The notes beneath the pieces were generated by a model. That model made no database searches. It was not told the DNA's origin and worked only from the letters and a program-made list of their open reading frames with translations. Source: an uncultured Chloroflexia bacterium (GTDB lineage Bacteria; Chloroflexota; Limnocylindria; Limnocylindrales; CSP1-4). From it: 64,000 nucleotides of DNA. The stretch spans positions 406,283-470,282 of the forward strand of contig CAVTAW010000001.1 of the NCBI GenBank assembly GCA_963732805.1. Direction: 5' to 3'. The translations under genes were made by a program, and so were the position numbers. The first letter of the stretch is position 1. Each line of letters starts with the position of its first letter. Shown piece by piece: positions 8,193-16,482 of the stretch.

Positions 8193-9659
8193 TCAGTCGA
8201 GGCGGCGGATGACGCCCTCCGGTGCCGGGTGGGGGTGGTCGTGCTTGAGCTGGCCGATCGCGATGCCCAGCCGCTCGCGGGTCTCCCGGAGCGTGCCGGC
8301 CGGACGTCGGGCCAGGACGCCCCGCATCGGGACCACCGGGAGGTCCGGCAAGGCGCGCCTCGCGACCTCGGGCCAGGCCGCGAACACCGCACCGAGCGAG
8401 GCCTCCAGGCCGTCGGTCCCCGGCCGCCCGAGGACCAGGAACTCGTCGCCGCCGTCGCGGATGACGCGCTCGTCCTCGAGCGTGCCGAGATGGCCGGTGA
8501 GGATCGCCAGCAGCTCGTCGCCGGCAGCCTGTCCGTGCGCCGTGTTCCAGGTGCCGAAGCTGGCCAGGTCGACGAACGCGACCTCCACGGGGACCGCTGC
8601 GAGCGCTTCGACACCGGCGAACAGCCGGTCGAGCGCGAGGTACGCCTCATAGCGCGGCACGTTCACCCGGGCGTCCATCGCCCACGTCGCGACGCTCGGC
8701 CACGCGAACCGCTCCGGGAACGACCGGTCGGCCCAGGCGCGGAACTCGAGCAGCTCCACGGCCAGCCATGGCCAGTCGGGGCCGATCAGGGCAGGCGGCC
8801 GGTCCAGCTCGACGGTCGTCTCGATCCAGCTCACGACCGGGGACGGGTCGAAACCGGGGTCGATCGAGCCCAGGACCTCGGCCGCAGCGATCGTCGTCAG
8901 CAGGTCCGGCGGCTGGTGGGGATCGGCCCAGCCGCCGGCGTCCTGCTGGCCGGCGCGGAGGTACCTGATCGCCTCCTCCAGCCGCCCGGCGCCCTCGCCG
9001 AGCCTGACGCCGGCTGTCGCGAGGTGGGCGGTGGCGGATGTCATCGGCTGCTGGAAGAACGGGTATCGACGGCCGAGGACGACGCCCCCGTTGCGCCTGG
9101 CGCGCGCGGCGTATCGCGTCGCCAGCGCGACCACGAGATCGCGCACCAGGGCCAGCGATCGCGGTCGCCGGACGAGCGACCAGAGCAGGAACGTGTCTGC
9201 CCACGCATCGAGCCCGCCCACCTGCCTCGCCACCACGTCCTCGAGCAGCGGCGTCACCTCGTCCAGCATCGAGCGGGCCTGTCCGGCCAGCTGCGCGTCG
9301 GGATCCTCCGCAATCTCGGCGAGCCACTCCAGGTGCTCGACCATGACCACGGGAAGCCACAGGCGGCCCGCGTGCTCGTCGGGGTTCCGCTGGGCTTCCT
9401 CGGACTCGGCCGGCCGCCAGGCGGACAGTCGTTCCCGCGGGATCCAGCCGCCCACGGGCACACGCCAGCGGAAGCGGCGGTTGCCCACCCCGCTCGGCGG
9501 AATTCCCGAGAGCTGGTCCAGCAGCGGCCGTGGATCCGACGCGCGTCCGGAGCGGGCGGCCCAGCGCAGCACGGCCGGCCGGAACGGGGCGTCCGAACGG
9601 TCGTCGCGGAGCTCGGCCTCCAGCCAGTCCTCGAGCTGCTGCGCCCACCCGGGTCCCAT
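8193..9659 (-). CDS. GGDEF-domain protein (putative diguanylate cyclase) with a large N-terminal alpha-helical domain carrying a 'QxxDGGW' repeat-like motif
   Basis: C-terminus 'VAFVDLASFGTWNTAHGQAAGDELL...RDGGDEFLVLG' is a canonical GGDEF domain. N-terminal 'LRAGQQDAGGWAD' resembles prenyltransferase/terpene-cyclase alpha-alpha toroid repeats (inference). Confidence 0.7.
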   Translation of the reverse strand: MGPGWAQQLEDWLEAELRDDRSDAPFRPAVLRWAARSGRASDPRPLLDQLSGIPPSGVGNRRFRWRVPVGGWIPRERLSAWRPAESEEAQRNPDEHAGRLWLPVVMVEHLEWLAEIAEDPDAQLAGQARSMLDEVTPLLEDVVARQVGGLDAWADTFLLWSLVRRPRSLALVRDLVVALATRYAARARRNGGVVLGRRYPFFQQPMTSATAHLATAGVRLGEGAGRLEEAIRYLRAGQQDAGGWADPHQPPDLLTTIAAAEVLGSIDPGFDPSPVVSWIETTVELDRPPALIGPDWPWLAVELLEFRAWADRSFPERFAWPSVATWAMDARVNVPRYEAYLALDRLFAGVEALAAVPVEVAFVDLASFGTWNTAHGQAAGDELLAILTGHLGTLEDERVIRDGGDEFLVLGRPGTDGLEASLGAVFAAWPEVARRALPDLPVVPMRGVLARRPAGTLRETRERLGIAIGQLKHDHPHPAPEGVIRRLD

Positions 9660-9726
9660 GACCCGATGGTGCGCCGCGAGACACAGCCCGGGCAGTGACC
9701 CGTTCGGGCTATTGCGCGTCCCCGCT

Positions 9727-9774
9727 CGCGATCAGCGCGCCTCGATGGACCGCGATCAGCGCGCCTCGATGGAC
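9727..9774. repeat. Perfect 24-bp tandem duplication (cgcgatcagcgcgcctcgatggac x2) spanning the stop codon of the dioxygenase gene
   Basis: Seen directly in the sequence. Each copy encodes '...RSIEAR*' on the minus strand. Confidence 0.85.
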
Positions 9775-10616
9775 CGCTTCGAGAGCCCGACGAAGAAGCC
9801 GTCGATGGCGGTTCTCGGGGCATCGTCCGGCCGGGCCGCTGCCCCGAGCGTCACGAACAGCGGCGCCAGATGCTCGACGGTCGGATGCGCGTAGGGCATG
9901 CCCGGGGCCTTGTCCCGGAAGGCGAACAGCGTGTCCAGGTCACCGCGGGCCAGCGCCTCGGCGGCCCACCGGTCGAACTCGATCGACCACTGGGGCGCGC
10001 CGGGCTTGCCGGCGAAGTACTCGCCGATGAACGGCAGGCCGTGGGTCATGAACCCCGACCCGATGACCAGCACGCCCTCGTCTCGCAGCGGCGCGAGGCG
10101 TTGCCCCACCGCGAACAGGTGCCGGGGATCGAGGTCCGGCATGGACATCTGGAGCACCGGGATGTCCGCCTCCGGGTACATCGCCAGCAGCGGCACCCAG
10201 GCCCCGTGGTCGAGGCCACGGTTGGGCCGATCCAGGATCGGCTCGTTGGCCGGCATGCGCGCCTTGACGCTCGCCGCAAGCTCGGGTGCACCGGGCGCCG
10301 GGTAGTCGAGCACGTAATAGCGCTGCGGGAAGCCGTAGAAGTCATACACGAGCGGAACCGTCGTGGTCGCGCCGATGGCCATCGGCGCCGTCTGCCAGTG
10401 GGCGCTCACGATGAGGATCGCCCTCGGGCGGGGCAGGTCGCGCGCCCAGCCCGCGAGCTGTGCCATCCACAGCGGGTCGTCGAGCAGGGGCGGTGCACCG
10501 TGCCCCAGGTACAGGGCGGGCAGCGGTTCCGCGGCCGGGTCCGGTGCCGTGGTGCCGGGTCGGGGCCCGGGTCGGGGATCGTCGGGGATCGACGGCTGAT
10601 GGGTCACGGGGCGCAT
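9756..10616 (-). CDS. Class III extradiol dioxygenase, LigB/YgiD (4,5-DOPA-dioxygenase-like) family
   Basis: 'LYLGHGAP', 'ILIVSAHW', 'GSGFMTHG'. Start placed at ATG 10616 (RBS GGAGA). The 190-aa upstream extension of the track ORF is S/R/P-rich garbage. Confidence 0.8.
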   Translation of the reverse strand: MRPVTHQPSIPDDPRPGPRPGTTAPDPAAEPLPALYLGHGAPPLLDDPLWMAQLAGWARDLPRPRAILIVSAHWQTAPMAIGATTTVPLVYDFYGFPQRYYVLDYPAPGAPELAASVKARMPANEPILDRPNRGLDHGAWVPLLAMYPEADIPVLQMSMPDLDPRHLFAVGQRLAPLRDEGVLVIGSGFMTHGLPFIGEYFAGKPGAPQWSIEFDRWAAEALARGDLDTLFAFRDKAPGMPYAHPTVEHLAPLFVTLGAAARPDDAPRTAIDGFFVGLSKRSIEAR

Positions 10617-10704
10617 GGTCTCCAGCCTTGCGGGTACGGCAGAACGGTAGTGGCTCCGGCCGGACGGTGCCACGGACCGCCCGTCCCGCAAGCCACACCG
10701 ATCG

Positions 10705-11352
10705 TCAGGCGGCAATCGCCGTCGTCGGCGGTGCCACCAGCACGTAGGACGTCTGCCAGCTGCCTTCGTTGAGCATCTGGAGACGGATGTTGAGCCAGGC
10801 CATCGCCTCGAGCTCCCTGGCTGCAGCGAGCGGACCGACGCGCAGCGGCCGGAAGCCGATGGAGCCTGCCAGCTCCGCGAACACCGCCGCCGCGGCATCG
10901 TCGTCGGTCGCGTAGAGGGCATCGACCGTCGTGCCCAGCGCGGCCGGGTCTGCCTGGACACCGGCGAACAAGGTGTTGAAGGCCTTGACGACCGCGGCGC
11001 CCGGAATGAGCTCCGCGAGGCGCTCGGCGCCCGATGGCCCGCCGTCGGTGACCAGGCCCGAGTAGTCCGGCCTGAGCGGATTGGTGGCATCCACGACGAT
11101 CCTGCCAGTCGCGGCGTCGGCGACCTCCCGGGCGACGTCCTCCGCCGCCCCGAACGGGACCGCGAGGACGATGACGTCGGCACCCGCCGCCGCCGACGCG
11201 GGCGTCGGAGCCGCGTGCGCGCCCAGCTCGCCGGCGACCGCTCGGGTCCTGTCCGGGTCCTGCGCAGCGAACGTCACCTCGTGTCCGGCGCGGGCGAAGG
11301 ACCCTCCAAGGCCCTTGCCGACGTTCCCCGTCCCGATGATCGCGATCTTCAT
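10705..11352 (-). CDS. NADP oxidoreductase, coenzyme F420-dependent (Npd/FNO-like) family
   Basis: Rossmann N-terminus 'MKIAIIGTGNVGKGLG' and PF03807-like architecture. ATG at 11352 with an upstream GGAAAGGG. Confidence 0.75.
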   Translation of the reverse strand: MKIAIIGTGNVGKGLGGSFARAGHEVTFAAQDPDRTRAVAGELGAHAAPTPASAAAGADVIVLAVPFGAAEDVAREVADAATGRIVVDATNPLRPDYSGLVTDGGPSGAERLAELIPGAAVVKAFNTLFAGVQADPAALGTTVDALYATDDDAAAAVFAELAGSIGFRPLRVGPLAAARELEAMAWLNIRLQMLNEGSWQTSYVLVAPPTTAIAA

Positions 11353-11384
11353 TGGGTTCAACCCTTTCCGGTGGTCCACGGCAT

Positions 11385-11418
11385 GCGACTGCCGCTTGAC
11401 GTTTGCCATCAGCAAATC
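11385..11418 (+). promoter_or_regulatory. Sigma-70-like promoter (-35 TTGACG, 17-bp spacer, -10 TAGATT) overlapped by the palindrome TCAGCAA(A)TCTAGATTGCTGA; candidate operator in the divergent intergenic region
   Basis: Hexamers and spacing read directly from the sequence. Imperfect 21-bp palindrome centred on CTAG, ~55 nt upstream of the XRE-cupin gene start. Confidence 0.45.
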
Positions 11419-11470
11419 TAGATTGCTGACAGGATCACTCTGCCACGAATAGCACTGGGAGTCAACTGGG

Positions 11471-12046
11471 TTGTCTGTGGAACAACTTCAACCAACGCCG
11501 GCGTCGGTCAACGTCGGCAGGGAGATCCGCCGCTGGCGGCAGAGCCGGGGCCTGACGCTCGCCGGGGTGAGCGAGCGGAGCGGTCTCAACATCGGGTACC
11601 TGAGCCAGATCGAGAACGAGAAGGCCGTGCCGTCGCTCGACGCGCTGGCCACGATCGCGACCGCGCTGGACGTTCCTGCCGCGTGGCTGCTGCTCGACTC
11701 GTCGAGCCCGCCACGGGTGGTGCGCTCGTCGGAGCGGCCGCGCACCGACGGTCCGGGTGGCGTGCTGGTCACCGAGGTCGACGCGGGGACATCGCGAGAC
11801 GTGTGCATGCTCGAGGTGACCGCCCCGCCCGGCCACTCGACCGGGGTGCATGCTCACCACGGCGATGAGCATCACCTGGTCCTGGCCGGCCGCTGGCGGA
11901 TGACCCAGGGCGATCAGGTCGTCGAGCTCGGACCCGGCGACTATCTCGCCTGGGATCCGACGGTGCCCCACGACGTTGAGGTCGTCGGTGACGAGCCCGG
12001 TCGGATCCTGGTCGTCTATCCGCGCAAGGGCCGGCGCCCGGGCTGA
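11471..12046 (+). CDS. XRE-family HTH transcriptional regulator with C-terminal cupin domain
   Basis: 'VGREIRRWRQSRGLTLAGVSERSGLNIGYLSQIENEK' (HTH_3) followed by a cupin core 'GHSTGVHAHHGDEHHLVLAG...GDYLAWDPTVPH'. Confidence 0.8.
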   Translation: MSVEQLQPTPASVNVGREIRRWRQSRGLTLAGVSERSGLNIGYLSQIENEKAVPSLDALATIATALDVPAAWLLLDSSSPPRVVRSSERPRTDGPGGVLVTEVDAGTSRDVCMLEVTAPPGHSTGVHAHHGDEHHLVLAGRWRMTQGDQVVELGPGDYLAWDPTVPHDVEVVGDEPGRILVVYPRKGRRPG

Positions 12047-12068
12047 CCTCGGGCCCTGGCGCCCCGGC

Positions 12069-13337
12069 TCAGCTGCGGCGTAGCCGGCCCAGCAGGGCCC
12101 TCGGGGACGACCGCCCACGCAGCCGTCGCGCCAGGCTTTCGGCGAGCGCGACGTACTCCTCGGGCCGGTTGTAGCGCTGCGCCGACACCCGAACGAGCAG
12201 CGTCGCCGCGGCTTCCCCGGGGTCGAGCGCAGCCGGGACCGGGAAGGTCGTGACCGGGACCTCGATCCGGTCCTCGTCGTACAGGGCCGCCTGGAGGCGC
12301 TGGGCGGCCTCGCGCGTCGGCGCCAGTCCGGGCAGCGGGATGGCGGCCATCGACCCGAGCATCGCATCGGGCGCCGGCGGCGGGACGTCGAGCGCAGCGC
12401 ACAGCACGTCGCGCGCGCCGCGGGCGAGCGAGGCGTTCGTGCGCATGAACCCCGCCCACCCGTCGTCATCGAGCCCGCCCACGTAGCGGATCGCGGCCGA
12501 CAGCGCGAGGATCGCCGACGGGTCCTGCGTTCCCGTCCAGTCGAACGCGAGGCGGTAGCGCGACCGGTCGTGCCGGGGATCGTTCTCGGCGTGCGAGATC
12601 ACCAGCGGCCTGATCCGGGAGCGGACGTCGGCGCGGACGTGGAGGATCGCCGCGCCCTTGGGACCGCACAGCCACTTGTGGCCGTTGCCGGTCCAGTAGG
12701 CCGCACCGAGCATGCCCAGGTCGACGTCGATCATGCCCGGCGCGTGCGCCCCGTCGACCAGGGTGTCGACGCCCCGCCGGTCGAGCTCGCGCACGAGCAA
12801 ATCCACCGGCATCACCAGCGCCGTGGGCGACGTCACGTGACTGACCAGCACCAGCCGGGTCCGGGGCGTGACCGCCTCCAGGTACGCCTCCGCGGCCGCC
12901 GACGGGTCATGGATCGGGAACGGGATCCGGGCCATGACCAGGCGAGCACCATCGCGCTCGGCGGCGGCACGCATCGCGTTGAGGGTGGCGTTGTACTCGT
13001 GATCACCCGCCAGCAGCTCGTCGCCGGCGCGGAAGCGGAGCGATGCCAGCACGGTGGAGACCCCGGTCGTCGCATTGGGCACGAACGCGATGCCCTCCGG
13101 GTCGCCGTTCAGGAAGCGGGCAACCTCGCTGCGGACGCTGTCGAGATGGCCTTCCAGCTCACGGTCGAGGAACCGGACGGGCTCCGCCTCCATGCGCTCG
13201 CGCCATGCGCGCTGGGCTTCGAGCACGGGCGCCGGGCACGCGCCGAACGAGCCGTGGTTGAGGAACGAGATGCCGGGCTCGAGCAGCCACGGCGAGCGGT
13301 CGAACGTCCGGTTGGCCACCCGTCGACGATAGACCAC
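12069..13337 (-). CDS. Aminotransferase class V (isopenicillin-N-epimerase/cysteine-desulfurase-like)
   Basis: 'FLNHGSFGACP', 'GNGHKWLCGPKGAAIL' (PLP lysine). 422 aa continuous. Confidence 0.8.
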   Translation of the reverse strand: MVYRRRVANRTFDRSPWLLEPGISFLNHGSFGACPAPVLEAQRAWRERMEAEPVRFLDRELEGHLDSVRSEVARFLNGDPEGIAFVPNATTGVSTVLASLRFRAGDELLAGDHEYNATLNAMRAAAERDGARLVMARIPFPIHDPSAAAEAYLEAVTPRTRLVLVSHVTSPTALVMPVDLLVRELDRRGVDTLVDGAHAPGMIDVDLGMLGAAYWTGNGHKWLCGPKGAAILHVRADVRSRIRPLVISHAENDPRHDRSRYRLAFDWTGTQDPSAILALSAAIRYVGGLDDDGWAGFMRTNASLARGARDVLCAALDVPPPAPDAMLGSMAAIPLPGLAPTREAAQRLQAALYDEDRIEVPVTTFPVPAALDPGEAAATLLVRVSAQRYNRPEEYVALAESLARRLRGRSSPRALLGRLRRS

Positions 13338-13430
13338 CGGCCGGGACCCGTGGGTGCCGCGAGCGCTCCTGGAGCCGTGCCCGTGGGTGCCTCGACCGCG
13401 GTTCCTTCACCGTGGGCGCCGCCGCCGGCT

Positions 13431-13838
13431 TCAGGACCGTGGTCGCGTCCCGGCCTCGTCGGCCGCGTCCGGCGCGTCCGGCGCGTCCGGCTCCGGCTCG
13501 ATGACCTCGCCCTCGACGGTCCGGGGCGGCTCGGGCAGGCCCGTGGGCGCCCGCGGCGTCACGTTGATCACCACGCCCCGTGGCTCCCGCCTGGCGTTGA
13601 GCACGCGCGACAGCCGCTCCGGGCCGGCCACGAATGGCGCGACGTAGGCGAGCACCAGGATCGGGATCAGGTACCGGATGGGTCCCGGAAAGCGCACCGC
13701 CGCGAAGATGCCCACGGCGTACACGACCCACGCGGTGAACAGCGATCGTGCCGGCCACCCGGCCACGTGCAGGCGCCAGACCGGGATCAGGGCAAGCAGC
13801 CCGGCGATGAGGAACGCGAGCAGGATGACGGGGGACAT
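13431..13838 (-). CDS. Small membrane protein (two TM helices, acidic Pro-rich C-terminal tail)
   Basis: Start ATG 13838 ('MSPVILLAFLIAGLLALIPVW...'). The upstream part of the track ORF is garbage. Confidence 0.5.
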   Translation of the reverse strand: MSPVILLAFLIAGLLALIPVWRLHVAGWPARSLFTAWVVYAVGIFAAVRFPGPIRYLIPILVLAYVAPFVAGPERLSRVLNARREPRGVVINVTPRAPTGLPEPPRTVEGEVIEPEPDAPDAPDAADEAGTRPRS

Positions 13839-13999
13839 GGCCCCCCGATCATACGCACCCGGCGCTCTTGGGCTGGTGTGGATGGCGGAACGCCTGGCCG
13901 ACTTGCCTGACCGGTCCGTCCGGTCCCGGGCGCCGGTCCGATCCGCGGCGGCCGGCCGCCCCTCCGCTACGATGGCGCTCCAGTTCCACAGGACGATCC

Positions 14000-15283
14000 G
14001 TGACACAACGCGCCCGCCGCTGGCTCGCCACCTGGGGCCCGGTCCTCCCGCTGCTGATCGCGGAGGGAGCGATCTGGGTCGGCTTCGGCGCGCTCCTGCC
14101 GATCCTGCCGATCTACTTCACCGAGCACGGCGTTGACCTGCCGACGCTGGGCATCGTGGTCGCGGCGTGGCCGGCCGCGAGGCTGGTGGGGGAGCCCGTG
14201 TTCGGCTGGATCGCGGACCGGGCATCGCGCAAGGCGATGATGGTGATCGGGCTGGCCCTCACGTCCGTGTTCGCGGTCGGCCCCCTGTTCATGGTCGGAC
14301 CGATCGCGTTCATCGCGCTGCGCGGCCTCGCCGGGCTGTCGGCCGCGATCTACGATCCGGCTGCCCGCGGATACCTGGTCGACGCCAACTCCCCCGAGCG
14401 CCAGGGCGAGACGTTCGGCCTGTACGGGGCGGCCCAGATGGGTGGCCTCATGATCGGGCCCGCCATCGGTGGCATCGCGGCGGCACTGACCAACGAGCCC
14501 ACGATCGTGTTCTGGGTGGCGGGCGCATCCGTGGTCCTGTCGTGCCTCCTCGTCGTCGTCCGAGTCCCCGACCTCGCCCATCGCACGCACACGGCGGCGG
14601 AGGCCGCTCGCGAGGCCGAGGCGGACACCCGGCCCACGCGCCTGCTCAACCTGCTGCTCGTGTCCGCGATCGCGATCAACATCGGCAGCTACTTCGCCGG
14701 CGGGACGTACGAGGTGGTGTGGAGCCTGTACCTCACCTCGCTGGGGGCCGGGATGGCGGCCATCGGCGTCACGTTCTTCACGTTCGCCCTGCCGGTCATG
14801 GTCCTCTCGCCTGTGGTGGGACGGTTCGTGGACCGCGAGGGCGGCTTCCTCGCGATGACCGGCGGGATGGCCGGGATCGCGATCTGCGGGCTGCTGTATC
14901 CGCTGATCCCCGAGGTGTGGTTCGTGGCCGCCCTCGGGCTCGTGGAGGGGACGGCCTTCGCGTTCGCCTCGCCGGCCCTGTACCTGCTGGTGTCGCGCGC
15001 CTCGCCGCCGGGCCAAAGCTCCACCGCCCAGGGCCTGTTCGGTGCCGCGGGGACGATAGGTACCATCGTGGCCTCGCTTGCGGCGGGCGTGCTCGCGCAG
15101 ACCGACCTGCGCTATCCGTTCTACGCCACGGGGATCGCCGCCTCGGCGGCGCTGCTGATCGGGCTGGCCATCGGGCGGCGCCGCCTGTGGGACGCGATGC
15201 AGCCGCGCCATCCACGAGACGCCGGTACCGATGTCGCCGGACCCGAGCTCGCCACCCCGGAGCCCGGAGAGGCCGGAACGTGA
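14000..15283 (+). CDS. MFS transporter
   Basis: 12-TM pattern with MFS motifs ('GWIADRASRKAMM', 'GRFVDREGG'). Start at GTG 14000 (AGGA 6 nt upstream); upstream part of the track ORF rejected. Confidence 0.8.
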   Translation: MTQRARRWLATWGPVLPLLIAEGAIWVGFGALLPILPIYFTEHGVDLPTLGIVVAAWPAARLVGEPVFGWIADRASRKAMMVIGLALTSVFAVGPLFMVGPIAFIALRGLAGLSAAIYDPAARGYLVDANSPERQGETFGLYGAAQMGGLMIGPAIGGIAAALTNEPTIVFWVAGASVVLSCLLVVVRVPDLAHRTHTAAEAAREAEADTRPTRLLNLLLVSAIAINIGSYFAGGTYEVVWSLYLTSLGAGMAAIGVTFFTFALPVMVLSPVVGRFVDREGGFLAMTGGMAGIAICGLLYPLIPEVWFVAALGLVEGTAFAFASPALYLLVSRASPPGQSSTAQGLFGAAGTIGTIVASLAAGVLAQTDLRYPFYATGIAASAALLIGLAIGRRRLWDAMQPRHPRDAGTDVAGPELATPEPGEAGT

Positions 15284-16194
15284 CCCCGTCGATCCGGCCG
15301 CCCTGGGTGGACGCGGTCCTGGAGGGCCGCCCCCCGGCTCCCATCGCGCTGGTGCTGGGCGGCTTCCTGACCTCGCCGCCGGAGTACCGCCCGTTCGCGG
15401 GCCGGTTGCGGGCGCGGGGTGTCGCCGATGTCGTCGTTGCGCACGTCTGGACACCGGACTGGCTGCTGGCTGCGGCGCGCGGCGTGGGGCCGATCCTGAC
15501 GCGATCGGGGCGCGCGCTGCTGGAGGCCGCCGATCGAGCCTCCACGGTCGGCCTCGGCGCGCCGCTGCTGGTCATCGGCCACTCGGCGGGCGGGATCTCC
15601 GCGCGCCTGCTCACGTCACCGGTCCCGTTCGATGGCCGCCGCCTCAACGCCTCCGGCAGGATCGGCGCAATCGTGACGCTGGGTACACCTCACCTCGTCA
15701 CCGACACCGAGCTGCCGGGTCGCCGGCTGTCGGCCCGGGCGACTGCATTCGCCAACCGGGAGGTCCCGGGAGCCTGCTTCGCGCCGCGGACCGGCTACCT
15801 TGCCGTCGCCTCGCGACGGGTGATCGGCCGTCCCGACGGCAGCCCGCGCGAGCGTCGCGCGTGGCGCGTGTACCGCGGGCTGGTGGGGGATCCTGCGCCC
15901 GGCGCTCCGGCCCTGATCGAGGGAGACGGCCTGATCCCGGTGAGCTCGGCGCTGCTGCCGGGGGCGCCGTCGCTCGTGCTCGACGACGCCGATCACGGCC
16001 AGTGGCCGGGCCATGCGTGGTACGGGTCGGACCGGATGCTGGATCGATGGTGGCCGCAGGCCATCGAGGGCTGGCAGGCGGCCCTCAGGGTTCGTGCGGC
16101 GATGCTTGTCTACGGGTCGAACCGGAAGCCCTCGGCACTCGCTGCGCATGCTCCGGGGAGCGTGAATTTTGACGGAACGGCCGATCCCGGGTAG
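15280..16194 (+). CDS. Alpha/beta hydrolase (lipase/esterase-like)
   Basis: GTG start overlaps the MFS stop (GTGA). Nucleophile elbow 'GHSAGG'; 'ALVLGGFLTSPPEY'. Confidence 0.75.
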   Translation: MTPSIRPPWVDAVLEGRPPAPIALVLGGFLTSPPEYRPFAGRLRARGVADVVVAHVWTPDWLLAAARGVGPILTRSGRALLEAADRASTVGLGAPLLVIGHSAGGISARLLTSPVPFDGRRLNASGRIGAIVTLGTPHLVTDTELPGRRLSARATAFANREVPGACFAPRTGYLAVASRRVIGRPDGSPRERRAWRVYRGLVGDPAPGAPALIEGDGLIPVSSALLPGAPSLVLDDADHGQWPGHAWYGSDRMLDRWWPQAIEGWQAALRVRAAMLVYGSNRKPSALAAHAPGSVNFDGTADPG

Positions 16195-16207
16195 AGTCTT
16201 AAGCCTT

Positions 16208-16282
16208 CGCGGGGTGGAGCAGCGGCAGCTCGTCGGGCTCATAACCCGAAGGTCGGAGGTTCGAATCCTTCCCCCGCAACCA
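16208..16282 (+). tRNA. Initiator tRNA-fMet (anticodon CAU)
   Basis: Cloverleaf folded by hand: C1:A72 mismatch at the acceptor end, three consecutive G:C pairs in the anticodon stem (TCGGG/CCCGA), loop CTCATAA, T-arm GGAGG-TTCGAAT-CCTTC, CCA encoded. Confidence 0.8.
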
Positions 16283-16295
16283 GCTCGCTTCACCT

Positions 16296-16331
16296 GAACC
16301 CCGGGGCCCGACCACCCGGGGTTCTTCCTTG
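16296..16331 (+). terminator. Rho-independent terminator after tRNA-fMet
   Basis: 10-bp stem GAACCCCGGG/CCCGGGGTTC with a 10-nt loop, followed by TTCCTT. Confidence 0.55.
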
Positions 16332-16482
16332 TCCGGGGTCCGCGAGGCCGGACCGTCGTGTCGGCCTATGCGCGGAGCATGCACGCGGGGCATGCACGCT
16401 GGAGCGAGGCATGCGAGCATCGCGCCTGACGCCGGACCCGGGACCGTCACGCTCGCCGGGCCCACGGACGAGGGAGGTAGCG

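Noticed and set aside
8229-9698. 489-aa plus-strand ORF opposite the GGDEF gene
   Set aside because: No domain signature and extreme Arg/Gly/Pro content. The minus-strand frame has a canonical GGDEF domain.
10617-11183. 190-aa N-terminal extension of the dioxygenase ORF in the track
   Set aside because: Ser/Arg/Pro-rich garbage. A clean ATG with RBS at 10616 starts exactly where LigB-family homology begins.
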